From: Trichoplax adhaerens
Taxonomy: Eukaryota; Animalia; Placozoa
DNA: 64,000 nt
Assembly: GCF_000150275.1 (NCBI RefSeq)
Contig: NW_002060957.1
Coordinates: 856,445 to 920,444, forward strand
Direction: 5' to 3'
Shown: piece by piece, positions 13,801-27,960 of the stretch
Layout: every line of letters starts with the position of its first letter
Numbering within the stretch: the stretch's first letter is position 1
Notes under the pieces: model-generated
What the model was told of the DNA's origin: nothing
Databases searched by the model: none
Seen by the model: only the letters and a program-made list of their open reading frames with translations
Program-made: the position numbers and the translations under genes

Positions 13801-16387
13801 GAAGAAATTGTACGCTTATAGGGGACGCACATCCTAATCTATGTTATTTGTCAATGATATCAGGTAAGTACTCGGGCATTTCTGATTTACCTCTGGATCA
13901 ACTTCCTTTCTAGTAGTTTAAATTGATTGGAATCAAATAAGATTAGTCCTTATTTTCGATCAACGATTACACAATCTCCTTCAAATTGCTTTTGTTCCTT
14001 CCTTATGTTTATATATTTATATAAACTACAGTAAAATAAAATATCAAGAAAGGAAGAGAAAATAGCAATTGTTGAACAAGTATTTTTCTTCTTCTCTGCG
14101 ATGGTATCATGCTACTCCATCATAATTGATTTGACACTTTAGAAATATAACAGAAAGATAATGATGATAATGATGATGAGCAGAAAAGAAATATTTTATC
14201 ATGTTAATAACACGTAATTGATGCAAGCTATAACATATAATATATATGGCGTAGGTTCTCATCAGATGAATTTTGTGCCTTTCTTACAACAGAAATTCAG
14301 CATTGATTATTCTATTGCCATCCTATTTCTCCAAAGACTTGAATCCACAAGCTAGACTTGTTTAACTCATCTATTAGTTCGTATTATGCTATATATTAAA
14401 AGTGGTTTTGAATTATATGAGATAATCTAGTGAAGTCTGTTGCTAAGCTTGAGACATGGAAAATTAGAGTCAATCTTACGAGATGGATTATAATGACAAG
14501 GGCACATCATCATGATAGGCGACAGATGTTTATGTTTGTCCTGAATGGCCATCAGTAGCAGTATTAACATCCATAGAGTCATCTTTACGTTTCCAAGTTA
14601 TTAAAATGAATATTATCGAGCATGATGTTGATAAGAGTTATCTATATTGGCTTATCTATGGTATAACAATCACTACTTGGGATAAACTCTAATCCATCTT
14701 TAAATAGATGTATTTTCTTGCAATCTAGTCGGAAACACATTAATAACAGCGTGATTGCTCCTCCTTTAAGAGCTAAAGTAAAGGAAATAAAGTCCCAAAT
14801 TACTGGCTAGGGATGATTGGCTCACTTTTAGAAAGGATGACAATCAAATTTGAGCAGAATAAATTGTACAGACAAGTTCTTGCTAAAAATTCCCCACAAA
14901 ACTGACTATTGAGTATCTTGCACAGATACCATAAAGAGTATTCAATGTCGGAAAATAGATTCTAGGCCCTATAGAATCATCGGCTATATTGACTATAGTT
15001 AGTATTGGTTATGCTATTGGTAAGAGAAATGTGAAATTATTTGAGTGATCTATTCCTTTGTAGTCATAGAACGAAGAGCTGACGATAAATTATCCATGCA
15101 AGCGTTGATGGATGATAAATAACAATTTAAACGGTCTTAAATCCCATATATAAAAACATAACATAATTTTATGAGTATTAGAGACAATTAAAAATTGATG
15201 AAGGCCGAATGGATATATACTCTCTATCACTATCAATATGAAAGATTCTTGATTATACGCGATAGAACTAAAGAAGTATCAATTATGCTAGAGAGCTAAG
15301 CACAGATTTAGGCTAAAAGAAATTTCCTAAATAGCTTAAAGAATTAACAAAAATTCTATCTCAGATCGAGTTATAAAATACATACGGTTTCGCTGATGAT
15401 TTTTAAAAAGTTGCAAGCTAACTTTTGTGGAAGGAAAAGCGTACCATGGGCGAGAAATAAGATATGTGCACATTTTTTTTACACTAGTAGCGAGAGGGAA
15501 AAATCAACAATCTACTGTTTGATCCGTTTCATTTTTCATGCCCTTTAGGATCGTCCTTCAATTGGACAATCCTATTAGCGATGGTTGCTAACGTTTACTT
15601 GATTCGCTACATGGCGCATGTTGATGACTTGGAATTAAACAATGTGATCGACTATCTTGCTTGGCAATGCTACTTAGTAGCTACGGGATAATCAAATGAT
15701 TTATCAATCGATGATGAAAATTAGTAAAACTAGTTGATAGGATCATCATCGCTATTATGACTACCGCCAGAAGGCCAAGAATCAACGTTAGAAACGATGG
15801 GAGTTACGTTATTCATATAGACAGCATCATCTCATTAATTGTCTGGCAACAACAACAACAAAAAAAAACATCCCCAAGCAAATTGATAATCAACAGAGTT
15901 TAGCTTGTTTTAGCAACATGATTTTATCCTATTGCAATCCATGTTCCATGGATTAGTATCGTATAAAGAAGGATACAAGAGGAAAGGGAAAAACAACAAC
16001 AACAAAAAATATCAAATCAAAATCAACTCTCCATCTCTTACCTTGTAAATAGAAAATGATGTAAGATAGAGGAAATCAACGACAATCAAGATGTAATCAA
16101 TCAATATTAACTTGTTAATAAGTGGTAATGGCTTTCAATACTTCTCTCTGGACTTAATTTAGATATTTTTGGGGGAAGAAAGACACAGCAGATGGTATCG
16201 AATCAATTGCAAAGAATAGGCAATGTTTAAATTCCAACTGTAGTGATTACTTGTATTCAAATGAATTGTTTAGAGAATGTTGTTTCATCACACATTGAAA
16301 CAGTTCCTATGGCTTCTTTGCTGTTACGTTAATTTAAAACCCAGTAGTTGGTAAGCTAACAACTCTCCTATCAATTCAATCACTTAC

Positions 16388-16415
16388 TCAATTTCTTCCT
16401 ATTAGCAGTACTCAT
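16388..16415 (-). CDS. Candidate first coding exon of TNFAIP8 (MSTANRKKL + phase-1 A)
   Basis: ATG AGT ACT GCT AAT AGG AAG AAA TTG A|GTAAGT has a consensus donor and is in frame with the acceptor at 6876. Other A|GTAAGT donors also exist in the region, so this assignment is not unique. Confidence 0.3.
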
Positions 16416-16904
16416 CAATGGATCACTTGTTTCTTGAGCTAAATGGTGCGTGTGCAGATGACGGTTATTTTTTTCCTCTTTTATTCTCTTAATTCATTTA
16501 GACTGATGCCTTTTATTCTTGTCCTAGATAACGTCAGTTAATCTAATCTTTATCTAGTCTAGTGTATAGAAAGGAGAACCAGCATTGAGTAGTGTGGCTC
16601 ATGCATTGAACTAGATGTATTGTTCAATAGATAATAAGGAAGGCAAGATTGCGCCGACTACAAGATAAGAGAACAATATAACCATTCATCGTTTATCTTA
16701 ATTGTTTTAATCAGAATTGATTACGTCCACAAGTTATCTCATCAATCCATTCTTCTCTTCTCATGTCAACAATATAAATCATAATAATTATTAATTTTGA
16801 AAAGAATGATGCAAATCATGTCAATGGCGACCATAGAGTTCAGAAAAAAAATACTAACTCTATGATGACGACACAAGATCACTGCACAAGCGCAAAATAA
16901 TGTA

Positions 16905-18830
16905 AATAGTAGTTAGCAAGGGATTGAATTAATAGGTTATGCCTATGGTCTAATTAATTCTTGATGGCGTGTCTGCAGCGCAAAATTTATACAAAGAAAG
17001 GAGTAAACCACATCTTCAACAATCTTGCACACTATCATTGACCTTTGCAGCTTATTTTTAAGACAATAATAATAATGTCATTAAAGGCAAGGGGCAAAAA
17101 CTAGAAGATGCTTATTAATTGAAATGGTATTAATCAAGGAATTGAGTTAAAAGAATGTAAAAATCATTTAACTCAATCTTGCCAACAGGTTAGTACCGGA
17201 AGCTTATACGAAGAAAACAACAGACTATATGTTCTATAGTACTATCGATCTCTGCAATTTATTTTCTACTGAATGACGAACATCTGTCAATGATAAATGA
17301 GGATAACAGATTAACAGTATATCGTCAAAATAATTAATATAGCAGTAAGTAAAGGATTGAATTAATAGATTATAGTAATAGTGTAATGAATTCTTTGTGG
17401 CTAGTCTGCAACGCTAGTTTATACAGAGAGGGAATGAGAAAATTATATCTTGTACTAAATCATTCATCTTTGCAACTTATTTTTGAGAGAATAACGGCAA
17501 TGTAATTTAAGACAAGATAGAAAAATTAGAAGGTACTTAATGATTGAAGTAGTTATTAATCAAGGGATTGAATTAATAAAGTGTAGAAATTGTTTAATTC
17601 AATCTTGCAAGCAGGTTAGCATCGGAAACTGTTGCAAAGAAAACAAGAGACTAGGTGGCATGCAGTACTATCGATTTCTGCAGCTAGAATGATAAAAATA
17701 AGTCATTAATAAGAGGAGATAATAAGTGTATGGATGAAATAATTAATATAGTCGTAAGCAAAAGATTGAATTAATAGATTATAGTAATAATGTAATGAAT
17801 TCTTAGTGGCTAGTACACCGTAAGTTTATATATGAGGTCATGAGAAAATCATATCTTGTGCGAAACCATTCATCTTTGCAACTTATTTTTAAGACAATAA
17901 TGGCAATGCTATTTAATGCAAGATGCTTAATAGATGAAATAGTTTTAATCAAGGGATTGAGTTAATAAAGTGTAGAAATCGTGTTATTTAATCTCGCTAG
18001 TAGGTTAGCATAGAAAGCTTATGCAACGAAAAAAGAGATTATACGTCATGCAGTATTATAAATTTCTGCAGCTAGGATGATGAAAATAGGTCTAGGGGAT
18101 AATAGCATATGGATGAAATAATTGAAATATTAGTAAGCAAAGGATTGAATTAATAGACTATAGCAATAATGGGATGGATTTTTTGCGGCTAGTCTGCAGT
18201 GCTGGTTTATATGAAGGTGATGAGAAAATTACCTCTTGTACAATATCATTGACCTCTGCAGACAGTAATGGCAATGCCATTAAAGACGAGACGGGAAAAA
18301 CTAGGAGGTGATAAATAATTGAAATAGTATCAGTCGAAGGATTGAGTAATAGAGTATAGAAATCGTTAATTCAATCTTCCTAATTGGCCGACACTGGAAG
18401 CTTATACAAAGAAAATCAGAGACTACATGTTATATAGAACTATCAATTTCTGAAAAGTATTTTTAATAAGATAAGAAACGCCTGTCAACGACGAAATAGG
18501 ATAGCAGTATACGGCGAATTAATTGAAATAGTAGTAAGAAGAGTATTGAACTAATAGATTATCGCCATGATGCAATGAATTCTCTGTAGCTAGCCTGCAG
18601 CGTAAAGTTATATAACATCTAACATATCCAATAATGATATAGCCACACATTGTGGAATATCATTAATCTCTGCAGACAATAATGCCAATATCATTAAAGA
18701 TGAGACGAGAAAACTACGAGATGAAAAATAAATGAATTAGTATTAAGGGATTGAGTTAATAGAGCGTATAAATTTTGTAGATTATCATTAATATTCGTAG
18801 TTTATTTTTAAGACTATAATACCAATAGCA
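16905..18830. repeat. Degenerate tandem array, ~5 units of ~400 bp, each with an internal copy of the anchor motif at half-period
   Basis: Anchor ggattgaattaatagattat at ~16922, 17355, 17764, 18143 and 18544. A secondary gggattga(a/g)ttaata occurs at ~17139, 17565, 17955, 18340 and 18749. Shared blocks include catctttgcaacttattttt and gttagcatcggaa. Confidence 0.9.
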
Positions 18831-20309
18831 TAAGCTTGCATAGGGAAATGTTAGCTTTGACCTTCAGGTTTCGATCTTTTTTTATAATAATCGCAAAATG
18901 GCCTTAAAACAGGGATAATGTAATATTGTATAAGTGCATAAAGCTAAAATATAGAAATAGCAAATTGGAGGTGGCTAGTAACATGCTAACCTACAGTATT
19001 TCACTCGATTCTATTAGATGGACAGGAAGGTCTTCTATCTGCAGTAAAACGATAATTTTAAAGCTTTAATTTGGAAGTTGATCTGGCCCTTGTACGTAAT
19101 ATCAATCCTAATTTGCAACTAACCGAAAGGGAATTCATACCTATATTTACTTAAATATTTTTCCATTAATAATTATAATTATATAATTTATAATCCTTTA
19201 TTTTGGGTAGTGCTTTCGAACTACAGTAACTTTACACTTTATAGTATTACAAATAATTGCTATGTTGAACCATTATACCAAAATGATCGCAATATAAGCG
19301 CTATCTATTCAATAAAATGGTTGCTCAAATAATACCAGAGACTCCAAAAAGAGTGCTAATATAGTCAGATATTAGCAGCGACAGAGCGATCACAATTTCA
19401 ATAATCTCTCTATCTATCCTTTACGTTAAGGATGAAAGAATTGGACAATTTTATCTAAATCAATATCGTAATTTGCATCTAGCTAAAATAATCTACGTCA
19501 ATTCCTACAATTTATCCATATAAATGCTAGAGGAATTATTTTTCATTGATAATAAAGCTCAATTGTTACGGAATGTAAAAAGTGCACAAAATCATTCAAA
19601 TTGATCATGATCAAGATCACCATGGACGATCATTTCTCAATTCGGTTTAGCGAGGCAGGTAATGCGATTATGCTCATACCTATACTACAATTTAAATCAT
19701 TTCCTAAACCGTTTTTGGTAATGGGGAGAGTCGTACAATTTTATACGTGTCTAGCTACAATTTGCATTTTTCCTCAGCTATTACAGCACATGACAAGTAG
19801 CAAGTCTATTGCAATTACACTCTTTGCCCATTCTATTTAGTACTCAAATGAGTGAACAATATCGTGCAAATTCATCCATCTCGATATTCTTCTATACCGG
19901 TATTCCTTTTTACTATCCTATCATGGATCTATCGCAATTATGATGCAACTTTGATTAGCCATAAAACGTAAGAACTATCCACTTTTCCTCTACTTGCTAG
20001 TATTTTGGAAGAATCATTTGCTCTAAGATTAATATAATTGATGGTAGATAATTTAATCATTTCCCAATTTTATTTAAGCATCTATGCTTACATGATGCCG
20101 TTTTACCTCTGTCAATGATGGTACCGCATAATCAATAACGATAGCAGACTGATTATCGCTTCAATCATTTCTCCATTTAGCCATACAGTAAATGGACAAA
20201 TTATAATATGCAATTTTAATTCTTGAAATGAAAAATAAATAGGTTTAGTGCCATGACTAATGTATCACGGCTCCAATCTTTCCGTATAACTGTAGCTCAC
20301 TCACGATCA

Positions 20310-20770
20310 TTATATGCATGGACTATGATGATGGTTGGTAAAATTAGTTCCTGCCAACATCGCAGATTGGTCACTATTAGAGGATATGTCTGTATATCTA
20401 CCTAAGCTACAGACGACTAGCCTTTATCTTAACCCCTTCACCATCATGAATGCTTTTGCAATGTCAGAAATAATTCCCATTCGAGATCATATCTTGATCC
20501 TCATTGATGTTATTTCATGATTACCAATGCATTACATTTCCAATCCATCTGCAAATCTTAGCTTATTATGATTATTTGATGCATTGACCATGACGCAGGT
20601 TGATAGGATTGGTTTCTGCCAACATGGCAGAATAATCACCATTTATGTACATGTCTTCATATTTTATTAGGCAACAGACATACTCTAACCGTATCCTAGC
20701 CCTTTTACTTTCATGAAAGCTTTTTACAATGGCAAAAATAATAATGACCTTTTAAATTCATATCTCTATC
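20310..20770. repeat. Two-copy degenerate tandem duplication (~265 bp)
   Basis: ctgccaacat(c/g)gcaga..acagac..ccc(c/t)tt..tcatgaa(t/a)gctttt..caatg is present at ~20351 and ~20616. Confidence 0.75.
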
Positions 20771-22689
20771 CTAATTGGCAAGAGATGCGCTGATTCTAAC
20801 ATCTCATCTTCATTCATTTTAGTCGACGATCGATCTTTTAGGATTATTTCTATATTAATAACTACCGGTATTGCATGTTGTGTCAGGACTAGCTAGGCAT
20901 ATGCTCAATCGAACATGTTTGAAATCCATAAAAATCGTATTAAAATAAGAAAAGATGGCAAGATTGGCAATGACTAAAAGTATCGGTCTAGCGAGAAACA
21001 ATAATTATCGAGCTAACTGCCTCGAGTAAAAGCGAAACAATTCTAAAACATATGATTGATCGGATTAGCCATTTTTCTATTTGTCAAGGAACATAAGCGA
21101 AAGAAAATCTCTACACTATTTGCTTTTAATGGATTGATTGACCTTTCCACCTAATGTTAACCAGAGAAATTTATATTGACGTCGATGTATTGACTGTTTA
21201 GTATTTCGTAATACGGTTTGTTTACTTACTGAAGGATTGCAATAATGTCCTTTGATATCTTACCGGCGAGAAAGACTGTAAAAGATACTTTGTATGATGG
21301 GTCTAATTTATCCCTCGATTGATAGAGAAATGCTGCTAACCATGATAGCAATTCTCTTTCATCAATATTAGCAAATGGTACGACCATCAAATGATCTATC
21401 GTGAGTAATTTGATTAATAAATGCAGGGAATCGTTTGAAATACTCATCCATTCCCCACCTTTTAAAGGTTTAGTTCAGTCTTAAAATCCAATCTATCATT
21501 TTATTCTGATAGAATATTTCCTTCCTCTATCTTATCATCTGTTTTATGATTGTTTGTTGGGCCACAAATGTGTTAGGAGTAAGATCAAATTCAACTACCT
21601 ATCCGCCCTATTAGACTGCATTCGATCACCTAAGTAATCAGCTGACGTTGATTAGACTTTCTTAAATTGATGTTATGGTTTATCTAGAAATTCTAATTTT
21701 GAGGAATATAGACTAGAAGGTAGAAAAATGCCTCATGTTAAAGGGCAAAGGTAATCCTGTCAATATGCGAAATTATTTCGAGACAAGAAAAGAATTTCCT
21801 CGACTAACATACGGTCGAGAATCTTCTCCATCATGAATTGTGTTAAGAAATCTAGCACAAGCTGGGAATAGATTAAAAAGGTGGAAAAAAAATTTTATCC
21901 GAATTTATAATAATGGAAACTGTTTCATGCATCAATCAATGGAAATAATTCGCCTTTGATGAGATCCAAAATTCGATCAAGATTTTAAACCATTTATAAG
22001 CAGGATAGTGAGCGAAAAATGCATCTTCTATAATGGGATAGATCGGATGTGTAAATCGACTAACGAATAACACTAACCTTACAGCATTGACAGTCTTCTT
22101 TTGCTTGGCTAGGAATAGAATATCCACATTAGCGGTATACAAAATGGATACCGTCTAATCTTTAAGCCCAAATATACCCTCTACACAAGAGCTAGGTCAC
22201 AAATACTGTATGTTCTTAGACCATAGTTTACTTTCAAAATAATCCATTATTCATGAGAGGTTAGAAGAAATTATATATTCAATTGGGGGTTTACTGTTAG
22301 TATCATCACTTATGGCTAAGGAGATAAAAATTCTTTCTCTACCCAAGTTAGCTTTAATCTATTATTGATGACATCTTGGTATCAATTTGGATATCCCATC
22401 ATGGTTCTACTAAGTAAAAGGCTTGTTTACGGAATAAGAACAATAAAATTAGACTAGCGTTTATCTTCTTGATTGCATAGTTTGTGATCTAGCTTCCATT
22501 ATTTATGAGATGATGATAATACATCAATCATCTACTGTCTTGGTTGTACTATAACTGCTTAAATAAAAAAATACAATCATAATTTTATTATATCTTTCTG
22601 CTTGATAATAAATTTCCTTATTCGATATCAAGAAGTTTTATCCCTACAGTAGACGCGTTAAGTATTCCATATTTTCTATGAAAGACCAA

Positions 22690-24620
22690 AGATATTCATA
22701 GCAAAAAACGATGAAATGTGATCATCTTCGTAGGCCATCACTTTACTTTTATCATCATTTATCCTATGTTCAAATTGAACTCAATACTGGTAATAAATTT
22801 TCATTTTAGTTATTGAGAGGTTTTCTTACGTAATGACATTTAATTCGAATGCTTTCGCTACTCCTTACTTGCTTCGGCAAGGCTGTACTATTCATAAAAA
22901 AGGACGATGAAATTCAATCATTTTCTTAAGCTACCGGTTTACTTTAATATCATTATTCCTATGCTCAAATTGAAGCCAACGCCGGCAATCAATTTCCTTT
23001 TTAGTAACCGAGAGATTCTTTATTTGTAATTATATATACATACAATATGAATGTTCTAGTTACTTCCTAGCAAGACCAAACTATTCATACGAAAGGACAA
23101 CGAAACTGATCATCTTCGCATCTATTCTACTTTAATGTCATTTATCATATGCTCAAATAAAACTCAATACTGGCAACAAATTTCCATTTTCATTATCGAG
23201 AGATTTCATTTATAATTAATAATACTGATGCTTTAGCTACTCGCTATTTGATATTATAAGTTCAAAACTAATCACAGGTTGTAAGTTCAAAAATAATCAC
23301 AGGGAAGGACGATGAAATTAGGCTATCTTACTAGGCCATCAATTTACTTTAATATCATTCATTCTATACTCAAATTGAACTTAATACTGCAATGATGCTA
23401 CCATGAAAGGTTATTCAAGCTCATATTTCTTGCCCATTTTATCATTTACCTTCGGTCCATGAATCATTGTCATCAGGATACCTTAATCATACTACATTAT
23501 AACGGTAAATCTACCCGGAATAAATGATGAAATCATCTTTCTTCTTCTTTGCACTAGTTTTACTATTAATTATATTTATCATTCATGAAATATAGAAATA
23601 TCCATCCTATACTGCAATAACTTAAATGTAAGTGAACTCGAGCTTTAGTATATCCATCTTCCTAGGCTATGAGTTTACATTTATCCTATACTCTAATTAA
23701 ATCCAATACTGCAAGAATTATAATACAACGATGACAGAGTAATGACACTTTAGTTATCCTTCTTTCCTATATTATAATTTCAATTTTCGCCCATGATATA
23801 ATATGACGATATTTTGTAGCGGTAAAGCTACCCGGAAAGAATGATCAAAACATCTTTACTCCTATACACTAGCTTCCTGTTAATAATATTTGTTACTTAG
23901 AAATCGAGAAACATTTAATTTATGCAGCAATGACGCAAGTGGGAGGATATTCAAGTTTCGAGTATATCCTTCCTTCCCCCATTACAGTTTACTTTTTTTA
24001 TCCAAGATTTAAAATCATCTAGATCCTTTAACTACTGTATTCATCTAGAAATTTAAAGACTGACGTTATAGAACTGTTCGTAGGAAAAGACGATGGAATT
24101 TCTACCTTATTCCTCTTATGCTATAGAAGATACTCATTTATCATTTATGAAATACTGAAATTTAATCTATCCAGGGCTGCAATTCTAAATTACATTTTAG
24201 AGGATGCCCTTCTTTCCTCTATGAATCCACGGTTCAGAATTTAAATCCTTAAACTAGTCTATATTGTAAAGTGAACATTACAGAGATAGTGATTAGGAAT
24301 GAAAATTTTACACTATTCCTCTGATGCTATCATTGATCCACCGTGGAAATTGAATATATCCAGTACTGCAGTCCTACTCTACACATAAAGTATTAATTAA
24401 GTTTTAGCCCATCCTTGTTCCCTATATTCTTATTTAGCTTTTACCCGTAATTCACAATCTGAATCCTTTTAATTTCTTTATATTATAAGGTGAACAAGAT
24501 CGGGGTATAGCTATTCAGAGAAAATTACTCCTCTTATGCTATGATTCAATGTTCCTCAATCTATCCCATACGACAACGATCAAATATAGAAAAAGGCACT
24601 TAAGTTTTAGCCTACCCCAC
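22690..24620. repeat. Composite degenerate array: 4 x ~195 bp (22690-23390), then related ~315-bp and ~210-bp units
   Basis: ggacgatgaaat..tttactttaatatcatt..cctatgctcaaattgaactcaatactg at ~22708, 22904, 23097 and 23309; cggtaaa.ctacccggaa at 23503 and 23820; ttcctcttatgctat at ~24110, 24315 and 24528. Confidence 0.8.
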
Positions 24621-24950
24621 CTCCCCTAAATCATAATTTATTATTCATCGACATTATAATGCGTAAAGTGTTGGCAAAAATTCATCAATGGCAGTAATCA
24701 ACCATAACTACTCCAAAGGTAAATCAAAATTGCAATTGTAAGAGTCAAGTAAAAGAATCACTTTATTGCAATGCCTGCAAGCCATATTATGAATATGAAT
24801 GAATTGCATACTAAAAAATATGCTATCCTGCTCTGATGGTAAAATAAACTTTAATCCTTTCTACTGCATTATCCTGCATGATTAATATCTCAATCCCGAT
24901 ATCATGCAGCTATCATAGCATCTGATGAGAGATATGAGTCAATTCAGGTG

Positions 24951-25245
24951 GACCCAGCGCCAATTTTCAATCAACACTTTGAATGGCCGATTAATATCAA
25001 GCTTGTTGTTTTTACTTGATTAATGAGACTGTCATTAGGTAAATATTCTTCAATGCTGGAATGCAATGAATGGTCGGTCATTCTCAACAGGAAATCAAAG
25101 GCCCAAAGCCAATTTTCAATCAACACTTTGAATGGCCGATTAATATCAAGTTTGTTGTTTTTACCTGACCAATGGTGGAGAAGATCATTAGGTAAACATT
25201 CTCCAATGCTGGAATGCAGTGGATGGTCATTCCAACTGGAAATCA
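24951..25245. repeat. Young 149-bp tandem duplication
   Basis: gccaattttcaatcaacactttgaatggccgattaatatcaag is identical at ~24959 and ~25108. The downstream tcattaggtaaa.attct.caatgctggaatgca is also duplicated. Confidence 0.92.
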
Positions 25246-25259
25246 AAATAAAGCATCTC

Positions 25260-26180
25260 TTCTTTGCGAGAGTATGATGATAATGGTGAAGAAATGCGTT
25301 TATTTCTATATTTGTTATACCGTCTCGTACTCAACTTGCCGATCTAATTAATATCTGCGTATGTCAACATGATTTTACTTTATAACAAAGTACCATGCTA
25401 AAAGTATTCCTATCGCATACGCAAAACAGAGATGATGCTTTATAGTAGCCTTTACAACGAGTAAATAAAGCGATAGCATTAATACTGCCACGTTCTAATA
25501 TCAGAAAGGCGCTTAATTAACAAGGACAGGGTTAGCGTCTTTAGCCGGTCTATCGCAATTAAAATTGTGAAACCTTTTCATGGCGAGAAGATTACGATGA
25601 TGGTGAAGAAATGTGTCTATTTCTGCATTTATTATCCCTGTAGAACTCAACTTAGTAATAAAGTAAATGTCAACATTATTCCATTTTATGACTAAGTATC
25701 AAGATAAAAATATCCCTATCATATACCCAGACAGAGATGGCATTTTGTAGTAAAAAGCAAAATATCTAAATCGATTTTATTGCAATTAAAATTACCAAAT
25801 CTTTTCTTGGCTAAGCTACGATGATGATAAAGAAATGCGTCTGTTTCTATATTCATTATCCCTTGTAGTACTCAACTCAGCAATAAAGTAAATATCAACA
25901 TAATCTTATTTAATGACAAAGTAGCATAGTAAAAAAATATCTGCATCACATACGCAAACAGAGATAGTACTTTGAAGCCAAAAATGGCAACATCTTAACC
26001 GAGCGATAGCATTGAAGGTGCTAGGTTGTAATATCAGGAAAAAGTGTTTCCATAACGAGGACAGGGTAAGTATCTTTAGCTAGTATATAGTATTTAGAGT
26101 CGTATAACTTCTAAGAGCTTCTCCTTGACGAGAATATGATGAGGATGAATAAGAAATGCATCTATTTCTATATTCATGAT
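25260..26180. repeat. Degenerate tandem array, ~4 units of 225-320 bp
   Basis: gatgat..gaagaaatgcgt.tatttct at ~25288, 25605, 25829 and 26151; catacgcaaa.cagagat is repeated. Confidence 0.8.
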
Positions 26181-27014
26181 CATTATTACAAAACTGAACC
26201 ACGCAAAGATTTTAATTTCTGGATGATCGTAGAGATTCATTCTGAATCAAATGAGTCATTCATGACCAAAATGGCCTTAAAAATAGCCTAATCCAATCTT
26301 GTCAACCCTACTCCACATTAATTTAGTTTATCCATCCTTATTGGGCTGAAATTTGTAAAAATCTTTCGTCAACAATAACATTATAGTAATTAGTGAAAAA
26401 TACCCGTTCATGTGAACAGAGGGAAGGAAGTATAATAAAATATTGACAATGTGGTGTTTAGCAGCTACTATTCTTGGAATTTTTACGTTATAATTAGTAT
26501 GTATTATTCTATAAATAGTACTGTTTAATGATTTAAATCATACGCAAAACTAAAGGTATCATGAAAATAACCTACTTCAATTCAAATTGACATAAATGAT
26601 AATGTCATCTTCGAATAAATTGACTTATTCCAAGAGCAATATTCTTAAAGTAACCCGTTGCATTTAATACCGTATGCTAAAAGGAAACCTAATGAGAACG
26701 ATTTTCATCATTTAGACCTAGATCCAATTACGATCCCATAAACTATCAAAGATTCTTAGCCGAAATTGCATGGCTCATAGCCAATGTCAACAAAATGAAG
26801 AAATCTTCTAGAAATTTATGCAAGCATTAGATTACCAATACATTATCACGAATAGAATACTTTTGCATTATCTTCACCTCAAAATTGAACTAAAAATTTC
26901 CCAATTTTGTAGACTCTATCATCATCCAGTCTAATTAAATATTACAACTAGCAGATTCGTAGCCGAATGGCTACTTCAGTTCATGAAAATCTATTAAAGA
27001 CTTAAAGACATCAC

Positions 27015-27960
27015 CTCACTTAAGGCGAAAGGAAAGTTAGAAAGAGATTACCGATAGATTGGCAGTAGCAACCATCTGGTTATTAAGATCTATTGCAAGG
27101 TATATGATTATTAATTGCATGCAACATCAGTGATGAGATCATCGATTCGTTTTATAATTAGGTAACTATCGACTCAAGGCATAAGCGCACTTGTCTCGAA
27201 AGCGAAAGAAAAGAAAGAGAGGTGAAGATTGCTGATAGATTATTGGTAGCAATCATTGGGTTATTAATTAAAATCCGATCCGCGATATACGGTTATTAAT
27301 CATGTACAACATTGCAAATAGAATCTCTCATCACATCTACAGTAGTAATATTACTATCCAATAGTTATGGATTTAAAGCTTAAGCAGCCGTGAAAAGAAA
27401 GGGAAGGAAAGAGAGATAGAAATTAGCGACAGAATGCCAGTAGTAATCATCCAATGATTATAATTAAAGTACAATCGTCAAAATTTACTGCTCAACTTTC
27501 TAAACTGGACTATCAAGATGATATCAATAGACAGAAATGACAGATTACTGTCAATAATTAGAATACATTTCCGCTGACCATGCCACTTGCATGTGATAGC
27601 AATGATTTACTCAACTTTAATTACATGATAAAATAGCATAGGGATTTCATGAAACTTCTTGTTGTCATGGACGGTGATTAGAAACTAGAATTGATATTTA
27701 AAGTGCTCTTCCCAAAATCATCCTCATTCGTAAAAATATTAAGGAATGTACAAGAAAAGTGTTGAACTAGTCAGGATTCTTGAAGAAAGCAACAACTTAA
27801 GAAATGCATTAACTATGATGATTTACACGAGAATTTTAAAATCAAAAAAGAACTCAAGAGTGGCATTTGCCATGATGATTGTACAAGAGAATTTTAAAAT
27901 CAGAAAATTATTGAACTAGTCAGGATTGTTTCATTAAGAAAGCAATTACGCAACAAGAGG
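27015..27960. repeat. Three ~180-bp purine-rich units (27020-27480) plus short duplications (27748-27950)
   Basis: gcgaaag..gatt.c.gatagat..gtagcaa.catc..ttattaa at ~27025, 27202 and 27390; ttgaactagtcaggatt twice; atgatgatt..gagaattttaaaatca twice. Confidence 0.7.

Noticed and set aside
16905-18830. 400-bp units as duplicated coding exons (each has ctgcag and gtaag)
   Set aside because: The enclosed segment checked (17684-17753) has stops in all three frames, and lengths vary between units.
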